Origin: Eledone cirrhosa
Taxonomy: Eukaryota
DNA length: 64,000 bases
Direction of reading: 5' to 3'
Assembly (NCBI GenBank): GCA_964016885.1
Contig: OZ024741.1
Coordinates: 268,522,001 to 268,586,000 of the forward strand
Part shown: positions 24,651-39,023 of the stretch, one piece after another
Position numbering within the stretch: the stretch's first letter is position 1
Layout: each line of letters opens with the position of its first letter
Program-made: the position numbers and the translations under genes
The notes under the pieces: model-generated
Databases searched by the model: none
Told to the model about the DNA's origin: nothing
The model's input: the letters and a program-made list of their open reading frames with translations, nothing else

Positions 24651-24771
24651 CTCCTATATATATATACTTATATATATGTGTGTATGTATATACATATATA
24701 CATTCAATTTATTACTGAAAGACTTTATAATTTGTATATTTTGACGTCTCAATGCATACAATTACCATATG

Positions 24772-24814
<43 letters not shown>

Positions 24815-25217
24815 TACAGTAGTAGATAAGCCCCCCCCCCCCCCCCTGTGTAAATAATATTTTGGTTTTGCCCTTTGACCTCATGACATATGAGCAAGAC
24901 TCAGTAAATAAGTCGCACGCACTTTTTCGCGCCTAAAATTTTGTAAAAATGCAGCTTAGTTACAAATATTCCATTACGAAAATAGATATGAATTGAATGA
25001 AGTAAATATCTGTTACATACTGTTGTTTTGTCTTCAAGTAGAATAATTAAAGATGTCTTTAATTTCAATGAAATAAGTTACCTGCTGTCTACTTTATTAC
25101 ATAAACTCATTAGAATAATTATTGGCAGCTTATGTTGGCCTGGATCACCATTATTTCTGTATTGAAAGTTTTGTTTGATAAGAGATGTTGATGTTCTCTG
25201 ACATCATCACATGCAAC

Positions 25218-25218
<1 letters not shown>

Positions 25219-25263
<45 letters not shown>

Positions 25264-25285
25264 ACTACAACAACAACCAGCAGCA
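25219..25285. repeat. (CAG)n/(CAA)n microsatellite
   Basis: Read directly. Confidence 0.9.
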
Positions 25286-25989
25286 TGCGTTCTATTCTTG
25301 GAAACTAGGCTGCCAGTCTACTACTGCTGCTTTTGCAACATGTACGCACTAACTATTCTGTGATTTCTCTGTATAATAAATACAGCGCTTCACTTTTTTT
25401 TTCTTTCTTTCTTTATCTACAACTTGCTACAGAGGAATCATTTACAACTCTTCTATTCTTTGCCCCAATCACTCCTTGGAGATGTTAGTATAGTATAAAG
25501 ACTGTGTGTGTGACTGTGTGACCTGAATGAATTGCTATGTAGAACAACGCAACAAGGTCACACTGTTCCAATGACATTGCTGCTTTAGCCAACTATAGCT
25601 ACAACAATATCAGGCAATAAATAACATTTTCAAATATTATGAAAATAAAGAGCATTTATGTTTTACTTCTCTAAATAACTTTTCACAACTTACATGTATG
25701 CATGTACATATGATGCTGGAATAATAAATATAACTGCATGCACACACACACAAATGCATACACACATATACACTTACACAAGTGCGCACACACACATACA
25801 CATATATACATTTAATCCAGCACACACATTTACACATATATGCATACATACACAAACACACACACACGCACGTTGAATTGCCTCATCCAGTGTTTTCATT
25901 CGGCTTTGTTTCCTTTGATTCATTCTGTTAAACTTGTAAAGATATTTACTGTGTAATTAGAGAGACAGGGACACACACACACACACATA

Positions 25990-26068
25990 CAGGGTGTCCC
26001 CCAAAAATATATGCACACTTTTATTAGAATGCTGTTGAAGTGTGCATACAGTTTTTGGGGACACCCTG
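25990..26068. mobile_element. 79-bp Tc1/mariner-type MITE
   Basis: TA-CAGGGTGTCCCC...GGGGACACCCTG-TA with ~31-bp TIRs. Confidence 0.85.
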
Positions 26069-26359
26069 TATATATATAGAGAGAGGAGCAAGCTGTTTAT
26101 GGATAGCCATAGATGAAGTTAGAGCCTTGTTAATGCTTTCTGCAGTAATTAGAACAAACGTCCTCAGATCCATTATCCGCTAATCTTACTAAATTAGCTT
26201 CACTTTTGACCACAATGTCTAATTTACTGATTTTGTTCTGTATATACTAAACACCTTAATATTCTTTATGTAAATGATATGAACAGTGTTATTAAAACGT
26301 GCTCACTTTCCAGATTATCTCAAGACAATTTAGTGTACTGCTGTAGCTTTGTCTTACTC

Positions 26360-26522
26360 ACAGCATGACTGGACGGTTTAAGAAGTTTGCTTCACAGTCA
26401 CGAGGTTCCAGGTTCGATCCCACTGTGTGACATCTTGAGCGATTGTCTTTTATCATACCCTCGGATCAGCCTGAGCTTTGTGAGTAAAATTGGGTAGATG
26501 GAAACAGTGTGGAAGTCCGTTG
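26360..26522 (+). mobile_element. Decayed tRNA-derived SINE
   Basis: B-box ggttcgatccc; related pieces at 26885-26980, 40660-40720 and 42975-43270. Confidence 0.6.
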
Positions 26523-27562
26523 AATGGATTATTTCTGTAGTCAAAAGGGCCTTGTCATATATACATTGTGCCATGCCGATTATGCATGAGAAATAAGTTG
26601 AGGGTAGGTACATCTCTTGGTGGAATACTCAGTCACTTAGATGTTAATTTCACATCCTGATGATCGAATAAATAACTTGAGCACTCATTGTTGAAACTAA
26701 CGGAAGTTTAATTACTTTATTACATATAATGCCAGATGTAGTACAGTCAATTGTAAGATACTTCTAATCTCTAGTTGTATAAAATATTCGGTTAGTATTA
26801 GAAATATTTGTATATCCTCCTCCTTCTCATATGTAAAGTTGATTGATCATCGTAGGTTGTTAATGAAACTAGAAATATATTGAAGGCACTTTGGGCAAGT
26901 GTCTTCTACTATAGCAGCAGGCCAACCTATGTCTTGTGAATGAATTTGATGGGCAGAAACTATATGGAAGTCTGTTGTATATCATCGTCATCATCATTGT
27001 TTTTACATTCACTTTTCACGCTGGCATGGGTTGCAAGGGGTTGTCATGTTCTGAGGCTTGACCAGCCATGTGATCATGTCTTGCTGATGTGTTCTATATT
27101 TGGCATGGTTTCTATGACTGGACACCCTTCTTAACACCAACCATCTTACAAGATGGGTGTATTTTATTTTATGGCACTAACATTAGTAATTTACAGAAAG
27201 GACTTTGCATTTTATCATGATACTAGCACTACCTCTTAACTGAAAGGACTGGGTGAGTTTTATTATGACATCAACACTATCATTTTACAGAGTGGACTGG
27301 GTGTCACCTGATTGTCAAGGTTGAACAGTCTTCTGAGATCCTATATTTTCTCTGTTCAATCACCAGACAATGTACCTTCTGGTCATTCACCACATTTACT
27401 TCTAGGCTTGCAGTGCTTCTACTAGTGGCCTTTTTGTATTTGGGCTTATTACCAGTCAACCCTCATAAACAATATATCCTACAATTTAGTAGTTCGGCAA
27501 GCATCAGTAATATATGCCATACTTAAAAATTGTGAAGTATGAATCAGCATGGAGCCATTTAA

Positions 27563-27780
27563 CCCTTTAGCATTTACATTACTCTCTCTATATATATACT
27601 ATTGTATTTTTGTAGCAAAGGCTTTAATCTTACATAATTATCTCACATAATATAGAATCTATGAGATTTTGATGTTATTTATTTCTAGAACAATACTTTA
27701 ACATCAGCATGAGCGGCTGGTTTGAACAGAAAGAGGTAAGGAAATTCTGGCCGGTTATGGCCGGTTTAAATACTAAAGGG
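27563..27780 (+). mobile_element. piggyBac-type TTAA MITE, family 1
   Basis: TTAA-CCCTTTAGCATTT...AAATACTAAAGGG-TTAA; four copies in the window. Confidence 0.88.
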
Positions 27781-27939
27781 TTAAAATAATTGCCTCAAAT
27801 AAGTTTTGTTCAACCCATGGAAGAGCAGACATAAATATATTCATGATACTGATTGAAATTATTGGGATTGAAAAGATGCTGCTTTTTTGTGAGAGAAGAC
27901 ATTACTGCCATAACAGGATGAAGGGATTTCTTCTTCTTT

Positions 27940-28972
27940 GCCCACTTATCCTAGAGAGGGTTGTTGAGGCAGAGTCTTCACACACTCTTTCCAGAGAATC
28001 CTTTTGGAAATAGCTGTCTCCAAATGATCCAGCTGGATCCCCAATAGAAACCAGCTGAGGATATGGATGTTATCCAACCATCTTGCTGATGGTCTACTTC
28101 TTGGTCTCCTGCTAGTTGACTTTGCCTGTAAAATCCGCCCTGCAATTCTTTCCTTTGATATTCTAACCACATGTTCGCAGTATCGGAGCTGTGATCTCTT
28201 GATGGGAACAAGTAGAAGTTCTACTTGGAGTGACTTCTTGATCTTCAAGCTATGCATCCTACCAAGTAACGTTACTCCAATGATCCTTTATAGGAACCCC
28301 ATTTTGGCTGCTTGTATTGGTGATTGTATTCTTTCAGCTATTACCCAAGATTCATGACCATAGGTAAGGGTAAGCACGAATACCAAATTGAAGATAGCGA
28401 GTTTGGCTTTTACCTCTGTTTTCTGATCACCAATTGTTTAAGCTGTTGCATTGTTGCACCAGCTCCTTTATTTTTTGCATTTAATTCAACCTCCTGTCTT
28501 CTACCACTCATGAAAACGGCCTTGAGATGCTTGAAATTCTTCACCTGCTTCTGTGTGAATTCACTCAGAGGCAAAGGACACTGTAGAGATCCTCTCCAGA
28601 GGACGAATACTTCAATCATCACAGCATTCGTTTTCATTCCTTTCTTGCATGTATGGGATTGATGGATAGCTTCTTGTTGCTTTGAAATCTGTGTATGAAT
28701 CGCCGATTATTTGTGTTCAGATAAATGGTACTAAGTCGAAAACATTGAATGTGGGTGTTGGACTCCATCAGGATTGGGTGTTGTCACCTCACCTGTTCAT
28801 AATCTTCATGGATAGGATTGACAGGCACAGTCCAGATGGAAGTGATATCAAAATCAGTAGGTGTAGAATCAGTCAGCTAATATTTGCAGACTACACGATT
28901 CTACTTAACTTGTTGAAGGGGGATAACTGGCTTGCACTGAATAGGTTTGCTGTTGAGTGGGATCTGTTTTAG
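27940..28972 (-). mobile_element. Old RTE (BovB/Expander-like) copy with inverted 5' part
   Basis: Minus-strand C-terminus (SQLRY...RRPRSRPSARWLD) joined at ~28660 to a plus-strand RT piece (GVGLHQDWVLSPHLF...IFAD). Confidence 0.75.
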
Positions 28973-29853
28973 AAGTAATCTAGGACTTAATTTAAAGGCT
29001 TAACAGGTCATTGTTTAATGTCTATTTTCTATGCTTGCATGGGTTAGATATGCTGTTTCAGGTCAGGTGACCACGTCCTGCTCATATGCTCTATTTTGGG
29101 CTTTGTTTCTATGATTGGATGCCCTTCCTAACACCAACCACTTTACAGTGTAAACTGGTAGCATAGTTTCTATGACTGGATGCCCTTCCTAACACCAACC
29201 ACTTTATAGTGTGTATTGGGAGCATGGTATCTACAATTGAATGCCTTTTCTAATGCCAACCACTTTACAGCGTGACTGGACACACCAGTACTAGGTGTTT
29301 TTTATTGGTCAATCACTTCGTGTTCTGAGTTTAGATTGCACCAAGGTCATGTTTGCTTTTCCCTTTTCTGGGGTCAATAAAATTAAGTATCAGTCAAGGA
29401 TAGTGGATTGGCTGAATTGTTAGAGTGCCAGATAAGATAGCTTGCTGTATTTGTTCCCAGCTTTATGTATTCTGAGTCTTTTTTGGAGATAAACTTAATC
29501 TGATGCTGCCTGGTTTTGATGCCACTAACAACCATCACTACTACAACTATCACCACCACCATGCCTTTAGCAAGCATTTGGTGATAAAATAATATTTGGG
29601 TGGTTTTAACACCACCACACCACACCACTTCCATCACCTTGCTTTTGGGTCCTTTTAAAAGAATCAACACTATTGCAAGCATTCAGGCCAGGACCAATGT
29701 TCAAAGACACTTTCAACCCTTCCTCCCACCAGTCTCAAACGTCTTTGGAAGGGTCAGGAGCAATGCTATTCCCTCCCTGAATTTACACTAAAAAATAAAT
29801 ATAATTTCAAAAAAATTGTAAAAACGCAAAAAAAAAAACAACAAAAAAACAAA

Positions 29854-29886
<33 letters not shown>

Positions 29887-30909
29887 CAGGCAGACAGACA
29901 GACAGACAGACAGACACAGACACACACACACATGAAATTGTTGATAATAGTGTTTTTAAACCGATCATTGGTGATTAACTATATATGTTTATTGACGGCT
30001 CTGCTAATATCTACTGTAAATATGACCTAGTTGATAGTTGTAATAAATAACTGATACATCAATAATGGCTTGCTCACTTGATGATGAGGACAAACACAGA
30101 CACACAGACACATTTTCCTGTTTGTGTCTAGTATGTATCTATTGACTCGTAACTCTTGGTGGAGTCGTTAGGGTGCCATAATGACATACAGCATGTCTTG
30201 GGCATTTTAAAAAACCTGGTAGAGCCCATTCTCTCCAGGTTTGAACACAAGCAATTTCTTCCAGAGAGAGGAAAAATTGAGCCCAGTACTGGTTCTTTTT
30301 TTTATCAACCTTGAAAGGATGAAAGGCGCTGTTGGATTAGGGAGGGATTTAAACTTAGAGCTCAGAGAGCCAGAACGAATACCGCAAAGCATTCTCTCTT
30401 TTGTTCTAATGATTCTACCAACTCGCCACCTCTTGTATCTAGTCAAATAGTATTTATTATAACCATAATAGTCAAACATGCTTGAATATGGATTGTTCTG
30501 GGACAGAAAACTATTACTACTTTTTATTTCTCTATGGTTGGAGGACTACCCCTTAACCCCCAGGGGCTCCCAGACAGGTGACACCCATATGGTTTATATT
30601 CAGCTCTGAAGAAGTGGTTGGGGAGAGTATTCCAGAAGAAAGTATTGCACAAAGTGATTAGTATCAGGTCAGAGAGGTGAGACATCACAGTGTGGGGGAC
30701 AAATGATATAGGTTGAACTGGTATTCAGCTGGCTAGCTCAAAAGAGCAAAAGCTATTGTAATAGCATTATAATGGGGGTGGGGGAGAGAGAGAGAGCGAG
30801 CAAGTGTGCGTGAGCACATCCATAGATCAGAGGTTGTGGTTACTAACCTATGAGCTAAATTCAAAATTTCAAGTACTTTGTTAAAAACTTAATATACACA
30901 CACTATTCA

Positions 30910-31790
30910 GTATCCATTCTTCATCTGCGTTTCCTTGCTTGTATGGGTTGGACAGGTCTTTTCCAACTCAGCTTCATTTCACCTACTGCATTCCTTTGTC
31001 ATCTCTTCTGTCAGGTTAAGTATTTTCAGATCCATTCTCACAACCTCTGCTCAGGTCTTCCTTGGTCTTCTTCTACTGCAGCTTCCTTCCACTGGGAACT
31101 CCTAGCACTTCTTCACTCAACAGTCACCATCCATACACATTACATGTCTCTACCAGTGCAGTATTTCTCTCAGTCCATTCATGTTTTGCTGTTCTTGTAT
31201 ATCAATCCATTGAAGTATGCTCACTTCATTTCTCTCCAACCTCTGCATATTCTCTGCATTTACTGTCCATGTTTCATTTTCTTGCAACACTGTACTTTGC
31301 ACATTGGCATCATACAGCTGGCCTTTCTTTCATAGAGATATCCCTTTTGTTGTCAACAGAGGCAGTAGTTCTTTGAACTTTTTCTAGCTTGTTCTTATTC
31401 TAACCACTATACTTTCAGAGCAACCTCCTCTAGTGCTAATTCGGTCATCTAGGTAATTGAAGCTATCAACTACTATGGAGCTTACTTGGGATTGGAGAAA
31501 GTTTATTACAGTGGGGCTTTTACTACTAACTATCCCTGTGCATTTCCTACATACAAACTCTATCATTTTTTGTTTGTCTGATTACAATCTCACTACATCT
31601 CTTGTGTGCTCATGTTTTACAATGTAAACATTGTATAGATTTCCCATCTACTCCTTTTCTACATATTGAGCATGGCCACTTCCATGACGGGACCAGAATC
31701 CTGTCTTCTTTCCTTCTTACAAAAACTTTGCTCTTTAAGTTTACTATGAGTCCTTTAGATTCTACATTCTGTTTCTACAATAGCAATTCT
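30910..31790 (-). mobile_element. Decayed PHD-type RTE fragment
   Basis: VDSFNYLDDRISTRGGCSESIVVRIRT; WPCSIC homology. Confidence 0.8.
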
Positions 31791-31904
31791 TCTTTAAGTA
31801 TAAGCATTATTCTCTTTTGCCTGAAATTGTCCTATGGTTCTGATACAAAACCTTTTTTAAAGTGTTCATATTCACCTAAAAACTTTCCATCATAATTTTG
31901 TGCA

Positions 31905-32635
31905 AAAAACTGTGCTGGTGCCATGAAAAAAAGCAACCAGTCCACTCTGTAAAGTGGTTGTGCTGGTGCCCTGACAAAAAACAGTCAGTCCACCCTGTAA
32001 GGTTTGTTGTCCGCAGTCAACAGTAGTATTGGTGCCATGACAAAAAAAAAAAAAGGTCAGTCCACCCTGTAAGGTAGTAAGGCCGGTGGCATGATAAAAT
32101 GTTGTCAGTACACTTGATAGAATGTTGTCTATACAAGTGGCTGGCATTAGAAAGGACATTCAGTCGTAAAAGCCAAGCCAGAAACAGATCATGTGAGCAA
32201 GACATGTTCACCTGACCTGTTTAGTCATAGTATGTGACAATGTGACAGCCCATCTAACCCATGCAAACATGGAAAATAGAATTATAAACATTTCTTTCTT
32301 TTGTTTGAAATTATCCCATGGTTCTGCTACAAAACTGTTTTTAAGTGTTTATATTCATCTAAAAACCTTCCATCATAATTTTGTAAGAACCATAATTACA
32401 CAAATATTAGCACTTTAAAATAAATAGTACCCAGTCTTCCCTGTAAGGTGGTAGTGCCGGTGTCAGGACAAAAAGCACCAGTCCACCATGTGAAGTGGTA
32501 GTTCTGGTGCCACAACAAAAAGCAACCAGTTATCTCTGTAATGTGGTAGTGCAAGTGGCATGACAAAAAGTACCCATTTCACCCTATAAGATGGTAGTGC
32601 TAGCATCACTACAAAATTCACCCAGTCATCCTGCA
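31905..32635 (+). repeat. RTE 3'UTR-derived remnants with internal ~45-bp tandem units
   Basis: Repeated ccagtccac.ctgtaa.gtggt.gtgctggtgcc units and gaaggacattcagtcgtaaaa. Confidence 0.65.
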
Positions 32636-32764
32636 GGATTTGAACTCAGAATGTAAAGAGCCAGAAGAAATACTTCAAAGAATTATTAATTCCAATGCTC
32701 TACCAATTCTCAGTTTCAACTGTTTTACATGTTATCCATGTTTTAATGGGTTAGGTTAGATAAT

Positions 32765-32950
32765 TGTTTCTATTTTAGGCACAAGGCCAGCAATTACCCA
32801 GTGCATTACTGGTACTTTATTTTATCGACCCCGTAAGGATGAAAGGTAAAGTCAACCTCGGCGGGATTTGAACTCAGATCGTAAAGGGACGTAACTATGC
32901 TGGAAAGCATGGCGTCCGACTCTCTACCGATACTGCCAATCCACCGCCCT
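32765..32950 (-). mobile_element. tRNA-derived SINE with Meta-like domain, full length, 16-bp TSD
   Basis: A/B boxes, cctttcatccttacggggtcgataaaataaagtaccag; TSD ggttaggttagataat at 32749 and 32953. Confidence 0.88.
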
Positions 32951-32999
32951 TAGGTTAGGTTAGATAATGCTGTAAATTCAGTCATCATTTTCTTTTTCG

Positions 33000-33360
33000 C
33001 CAACATATTTCCAAGAGAGTCATTGAAGCAGAGTCCTCAGACAGGTTTTCTAGAAAATCCTATCACAAGCAACCATCTCCAAATGATCTGACTGGATCCC
33101 CAAGCGAGACCAACCAAGTGCATGGATGTTATCCAAACATCATGCTCGTGGTCTACCTTCAGGTCTCCTGCTCGATGGCTTTGCCTGTAAAATCTGTTCA
33201 TTGATTCTTTCCCTAGACATTTTAACATCTTGTCCATAGTACTACTGGAGTTGTGATCTCTTAATTCAAAGAAGTCAGATCTCTACCTGGAGTGACTCTC
33301 TGATATCCATGCTATGCACTCTATTATGTAAAATTACTCAAGAAACCTTTCGGAGGAGCC
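33000..33360 (-). mobile_element. Old RTE 3' fragment, same family as 27940
   Basis: Nucleotide homology to 27960-28300. Confidence 0.7.
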
Positions 33361-33961
33361 CTGTGATCATATTGTTTTGGTCATTGTCTTTTATTTTTTT
33401 TTTTCAATGGTTTTAGTCCTTGGACTACAGCTATGCTAGGTTATAGATCTTTTGGTGATTGCACTTCTTAATGAAGAATCGAAATGGAGGATACTGTTGC
33501 ACAGATGACAGCTACCACCTATGCTAGACATACTGTTTGCCCTCTTGAGTGAGGAAACTACACAAGTGCTGCTGTTTAATCTTTGCAAATGTGTCACAAT
33601 CCCCTAAAGCCACAACAAAAATGACAACAACTCCAAGATCCATAATCCATATTGCAGAAGATACCTGTATATTGAAGTTTTATATTTATATTGGGGGACC
33701 ACATTTCCAAGTGTCATTATCTTTGCTGTGAAAGGTAACCCAATATGACTGGTGCCCCTTCCCAGCTGTAGGTGACTGCCAGAAATTGCTTAATTAAAGC
33801 AATTTTTTCTTCTGCTGTTTGATGCTGTTCACATGTCAAGCACTCAATCAAAGAAGTTGGTGTTACAATGTTGAGAGAGAGAGAGAGAGAGAGAAGCAAG
33901 TAGTATGTTGTATAAGCTGTAGTATGGTAGTTCATTGCCTGAAATAAAATTGTTGCTGTTG

Positions 33962-34261
33962 GACCTCTGTTCCCGGTGACGAGTGCCCCAGTTGATTCTA
34001 TCAATGAAACTGCCTGCTCGTGAAATTAACGTAAGTTGCTGAGCATTCTACTGACACGTGCACTCATAATGTAGTTCTCGGGGAGATTCAGTGTGACACT
34101 ATCTGACAAGGCTGGCTTCTTGAATTACAGGTACAACTCATTTTTGCAACCTGAATGAATAGGCTGGAGCAATGTGAAATAAAGAGTCTTGCTTAAGGAC
34201 ATATCCAGGAATCTATCTCACAACCTTACGATAATGAACCAAATATCCTAACCATTAAGCC
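33962..34261 (-). mobile_element. tRNA-derived CORE-like SINE
   Basis: Head ggcttaatggttagg, body gtccttaagcaagac..tttatttcacattgctccag; relatives at 52190, 57350 and 59560. Confidence 0.75.
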
Positions 34262-35947
34262 TCAGTAGTACCATATATACTTGTGTAGAATGTTGTACAA
34301 GTAGATAAGTCATATTCCCATTTTACATACAACCTTCTTGGTTTAGTATTTGATTGGTACATAAGATTTTATAGGCCCATGAAATAAGTCACATGCTGAT
34401 TTTTATGTTTTATGTTTTTGTTTTGTTGTGGAATGAGGTGCAATTTTAGTGATTATATACCATAGTTTAAGAACATATATATATATGTAAAGAGGTAACT
34501 ATTTAATATGAATCTACCCTGTTAGGGTAGTCCTTTTGGAGCCAGGATGAAAAGCACCTAGTCCACCCCGTACAGTATTAGTGGTGTCACAAAAAAGCTC
34601 CCAGTACATGCCGTAATGTAGTTGGAAAGTTGTAAAAATAAAGCCCAAAACAGATCTGTATGAGCAAAATGTGGTTACCTAACATGGTTAGCTGCATGGC
34701 GTGACAATCCATCTATGTTCCATGCTTGCTTGAAAAAAGACATTAAATGGTGATGACAACGACGATGATGATGATGACTTCAACAGTTCATCATAATAAA
34801 ATCGTTTTATGATGATTTTATAAGCTAGATATTAATTAATTTTTATAAATTTATAAATTTACCTAAAATATAACATTAATTAGTATATTTATCATTTCAT
34901 TTTAGGGTGTTAGTTTAAACAAAAATATTTTACTTGTCAGGTCAGAAGGCATGAAAATTACCAAACTGCCTAAAATCACCCTTGGTTCTACGACTGCAAA
35001 GTGTTTGTTTTAAAGTGTCTATATTTATCTAAAAACTTTCCACCATAATTTTATGTAAGAAGTTTTTCTTAAGTTATGTTCCAAATACCAGATTAATAGT
35101 GAGAAAGTTTTTACTAAGTCCCTCCAACAGTGTTGTTTATTATAAATATGGTAATGAAAGGTTTATATAGATATATTTATTGATAGAATGACTTCACATG
35201 CTTAATAATAAGGAACTTCAATATATTACAAATTCTTGATTATTTTCAAAATTATTTGAACATCATAGGCAGTGTCTTTCATTAGAATTATAGTAATACA
35301 AAGATTAATGGTACATGTGTTATTTAGACCTAGGTCTATTCCCATCAAGCAGACCTATAATCAAAAGGCATTCCAGCTATGACCATTCTATTTTTTATAC
35401 ATGAGTGTGTCCTATTTTTAAGTTGGTAGGGCTGGCCTGATTTGAGGGATTTTTGAACTGTTATCAATGTGTGTTGTGATCTAGGTTATAGGATAGATTT
35501 ATCAACTGTAACAAATTATCACAGAATCCTCTCTGTCTGTCTGTGTGTTTATGTGTGTGTGCGTTTTGCTCGGGTCCATAGCTCTATAGGTCCCCTCGAG
35601 CTAATATCTGCAAAACGCGTGTAACAGGACAATATTCAATAAATACATGTAAATGGAACTTTTTCTTTCTTTGTCTATGTATATAAATATATATATATAT
35701 AGAGAGAGAGGGGGGTTACTAGTTAAGACTAGTAAGACCATTATTTAATTAAGTACTCTATTCTAAAGGAAAGTTGAGTGTAGATCCTGCCGAGGATAAC
35801 TTTGCCTTTCATCTTCCTGGTGTCAATAAAATAAAGTAACACTTAAGTATTGGGTCGATATAATTGTCCCCTGCCAACAAATTACTGGCTTTGTGTCTAA
35901 ATTAAAAAAACATTATTATAGGGGTTCTTTGAGCAAAGACTCCCTTG

Positions 35948-36252
35948 ATCATCATCATCACCACCGTTTTACATCCATTCTTCCACGCTAGTGTGGGTTA
36001 GAAGGGTTGTCTTGTTGTGGACAATGCCAAGTCAGGTGACCATGTCTTGCCCATACGGGAACTGATTTTGGCTTGATTTCTACAGCTGGATGCCCTTCCT
36101 AACACCAACCTCATTTACAGTGAGTACTAGGTGCTTTTTTTTACCATGGCGGGTACACAACCACTTTACAGTGTGGACTGGGTGCTTTTTTTCATGACAC
36201 CTACACGACCACTTTGCAGTGGGAAGAGGGGGGGGGGCATATTGTCTATATA
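35948..36252 (-). mobile_element. RTE subfamily A 3'UTR copy
   Basis: Matches 14918-15205. Confidence 0.88.
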
Positions 36253-36258
36253 TACTGT

Positions 36259-36303
<45 letters not shown>

Positions 36304-36304
<1 letters not shown>

Positions 36305-36859
36305 TGTATAACAAAGTGCAGGGCAATAAAGATAGACGGTAGCTACGGAGTAAGCAGACCCAGAAAAACCTGGGACGAGCTTATAAATTCCGACCTCACA
36401 CACTTACACCCCTCCAAGACAATGTCACTGGCGGTACTCAGTAATAGAGAAGACCCGCCTTACCTAAATACAAAGTAAAACCTACTACAGTCAGTAGGCA
36501 TCTCTAACAAAATACACCCGTCCCACCACCCCCACCCCATCCACACCGCCCCTTTCAATGTAAAGTTATGTTGGTGCCACAACATCCAGGCCGAAACAAA
36601 TGAGATCGTGTAGGTGTCACGACAAAAAAACACACAGTCCACACTGTAATGTGGCCGTGTAGGCAACACGGTAAAAACCTCCCAGCCCCACACTGTAAAT
36701 GTGGTTGGTGTTAGGAAGGGCATCCAGCTGTAGAAAACCCGCCAGACAGTCCTATGCAAGCAAGACAATCACTCTTGCCTCAAGTGGGAAAACCCCTGTC
36801 CAAACCCATGCAAGCGTGGAACACGGACGTTAAACGATGATGATGATGATGATGATGAT
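36304..36859 (+). mobile_element. RTE subfamily B 5'-truncated copy
   Basis: CITKCRAIKIDGS...RPRKTWDELINSD; (GAT)n tail. Confidence 0.92.
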
Positions 36860-38890
36860 ATATATTGTAGTGGATGTTCATACATTTTAGTTTGGCATAG
36901 TTTCTGCAGCGGGATGCCTTTCCTAATATCAATCAAACATTACAATATATACAGAGTGCATTTTATCATGATCCCAACACTATCATTTTACAGAGTGTAC
37001 TGAGTGCATATACAAAGGAGATGGTAGGAGTTTTAGGCTCAGTATAAAATGTAAACTGTTTGTCTTAAAGTGTTTATCATTATCACCATTTAATGTCCAT
37101 TTTTCCATGCTCGCATGGGTTAGACGAGTTGCCCCGTTGTTAGTCAAGGCAGGTCAGATAACTGTGTCTTGCTTATACATAACTGTTTCTGGCTTCGTGT
37201 CTACAGCTGGTTGCCCTTCCTAGCATTAACCACATTTACAGCGTAGATTGGGTGCTTTTTATATTTATCTAAAAGCCTTTCATCATAATTTTATATAAGA
37301 ACTTTTGTTTCAAGCACCACCTTCATCATCATTGTTTAACATCATTTTCCATGCTAGCATGAGTTAGATGAGTTGTCCTGTTTTGAGAGAAGCTAGGCCA
37401 GATGACCATGTCTTGGTCATACAGAACTGTTTCTTGCTTGGTTTCTTTGGCTGGATGCCCTTCCTAATGCCAACCACATTTACAGTATGGACTGGATGCT
37501 TTTTATCATTGCACCAAAACGACCAACTGTCAAGTTGGACTGGGTTCTTTTTGTCGTGTCACCAACATGACCACATTACAGTTATTTTACTAAACCTCTC
37601 CATGTTCTTGATTCTTTTTTAAATTATTAGAAATATTTTAATGAAATAGTTAAATACTATCATTTCCAAATATTGTGGACATGTTAGCTATTTTCCTATC
37701 ACAACTTTCACATATTTTTTCCCCTATTAGCCATGTTTCTCAAGTTTTAAAGTTATTTCCAATCAAATATTCACTTCACCACTAAGTACAGCACTTCAGT
37801 CATTGTTGTTGTGAGGCCTTGAGTAAAGAAATACCAGGAGTTCCAAGTGGAAGAACATCATAGAAGAAGAAGACCAAGGGTCATAGGCAGTGAAAGTTGA
37901 TCTCACAATGCTGAACTTCACACAGAAAAGAGACAAGTGAAGTGGCACTGTATTGAAGTGGTTTCATCTAACCCATTCAAGCATGTAAAAATAAAAATGA
38001 GTGGCTGGATAACACTTGTTACGTTCCCCCCTATTGGTCTGTTCATTATCCTCTCATCTAACTCCTATCCAATATGTTATACCTTGGTAATTGATGTTTG
38101 CATTCAATCCCTCTACTATCACCCATTACAATTATCACTATACTTCTTTTAGCTTTCTGTTTCTCTACCTCTTCACCATCTTGATGCCTATATAACAAGG
38201 CAGAGCATTTGATCTTGATTTGTTCACATTCAGTAACCTTACTGTTAACCAAATAATGGGGCAAAAAATTTGTGAACTCATATCCATGGGGACTATTGTT
38301 GAAAATTTCTCAGCTTGAAAATCATAGGCAGTGTTTTTTTGTTCTTTTTTTTTTTTTTTTTTTATTAGAAACATGATAATGAAAGCAATGTGCCAGCATC
38401 AAATTTTTGATGAAGTTCAGCAAATGTACTTAGACCTCAAAGTATTTTATCAGGCTCTTTGCAAACCTTTTTTTTTTTTTGAGTGGCACATGCATCCCAA
38501 GGCTGATTGAGTTTTTATCACAAAATGATGAGCATTCAGGGTGATCAGTTACAAGCAAAATACCTGAAAAAATGTGGTAACAATTTAACTCATCAATGAA
38601 GATCGTTGTTGAATAATCCATCAGTTGTCTTATGTGATTGGAATCAGTTATAGAGTATGTGAGAAGATTCTCACAGAAACATGCATCTTATTGTTGCAAA
38701 CTTTCTCTTCCAGTTCCTGTCACATGATGTGTAAATAAGTAGCCTTCAAGGCTGATGGATGTCAAGCATTGCTGCTTTTTATCAAGTGTCAAGAGTTTAG
38801 GTTACACTCTACTGTCACACTATGCATATTCATGTTCAGCTTTTCTCTCTCTCTCTCTCTCTCTCTCAACGGTGATATATATATATATAT

Positions 38891-39005
38891 AAGGGCTTAT
38901 GCCCGAAACGTCGTTCCCCACCACCACCCCACTCTCCAGAGCGTGAAATTAATAAACCTTCGTTATACTGCCTCTCTGTTTTGTTCCTGTTCAAATTTTT
39001 CCATT
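38891..39005 (+). mobile_element. PLE-like 3' tip beginning inside a hammerhead
   Basis: GGGC-ttat-GCCC-GAAACGTCGTT then AATAAA; TA on both sides; CTGANGA missing. Confidence 0.55.
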
Positions 39006-39023
39006 ATATATAAATATATATAT

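Noticed and set aside
25200-25365. Poly-Q coding exon
   Set aside because: Short frame with no supporting splice or domain evidence; simple CAG/CAA repeat.
35570-35650. Another PLE tip (caaaacgcgt...aataaa)
   Set aside because: Too degenerate; no CTGANGA core.
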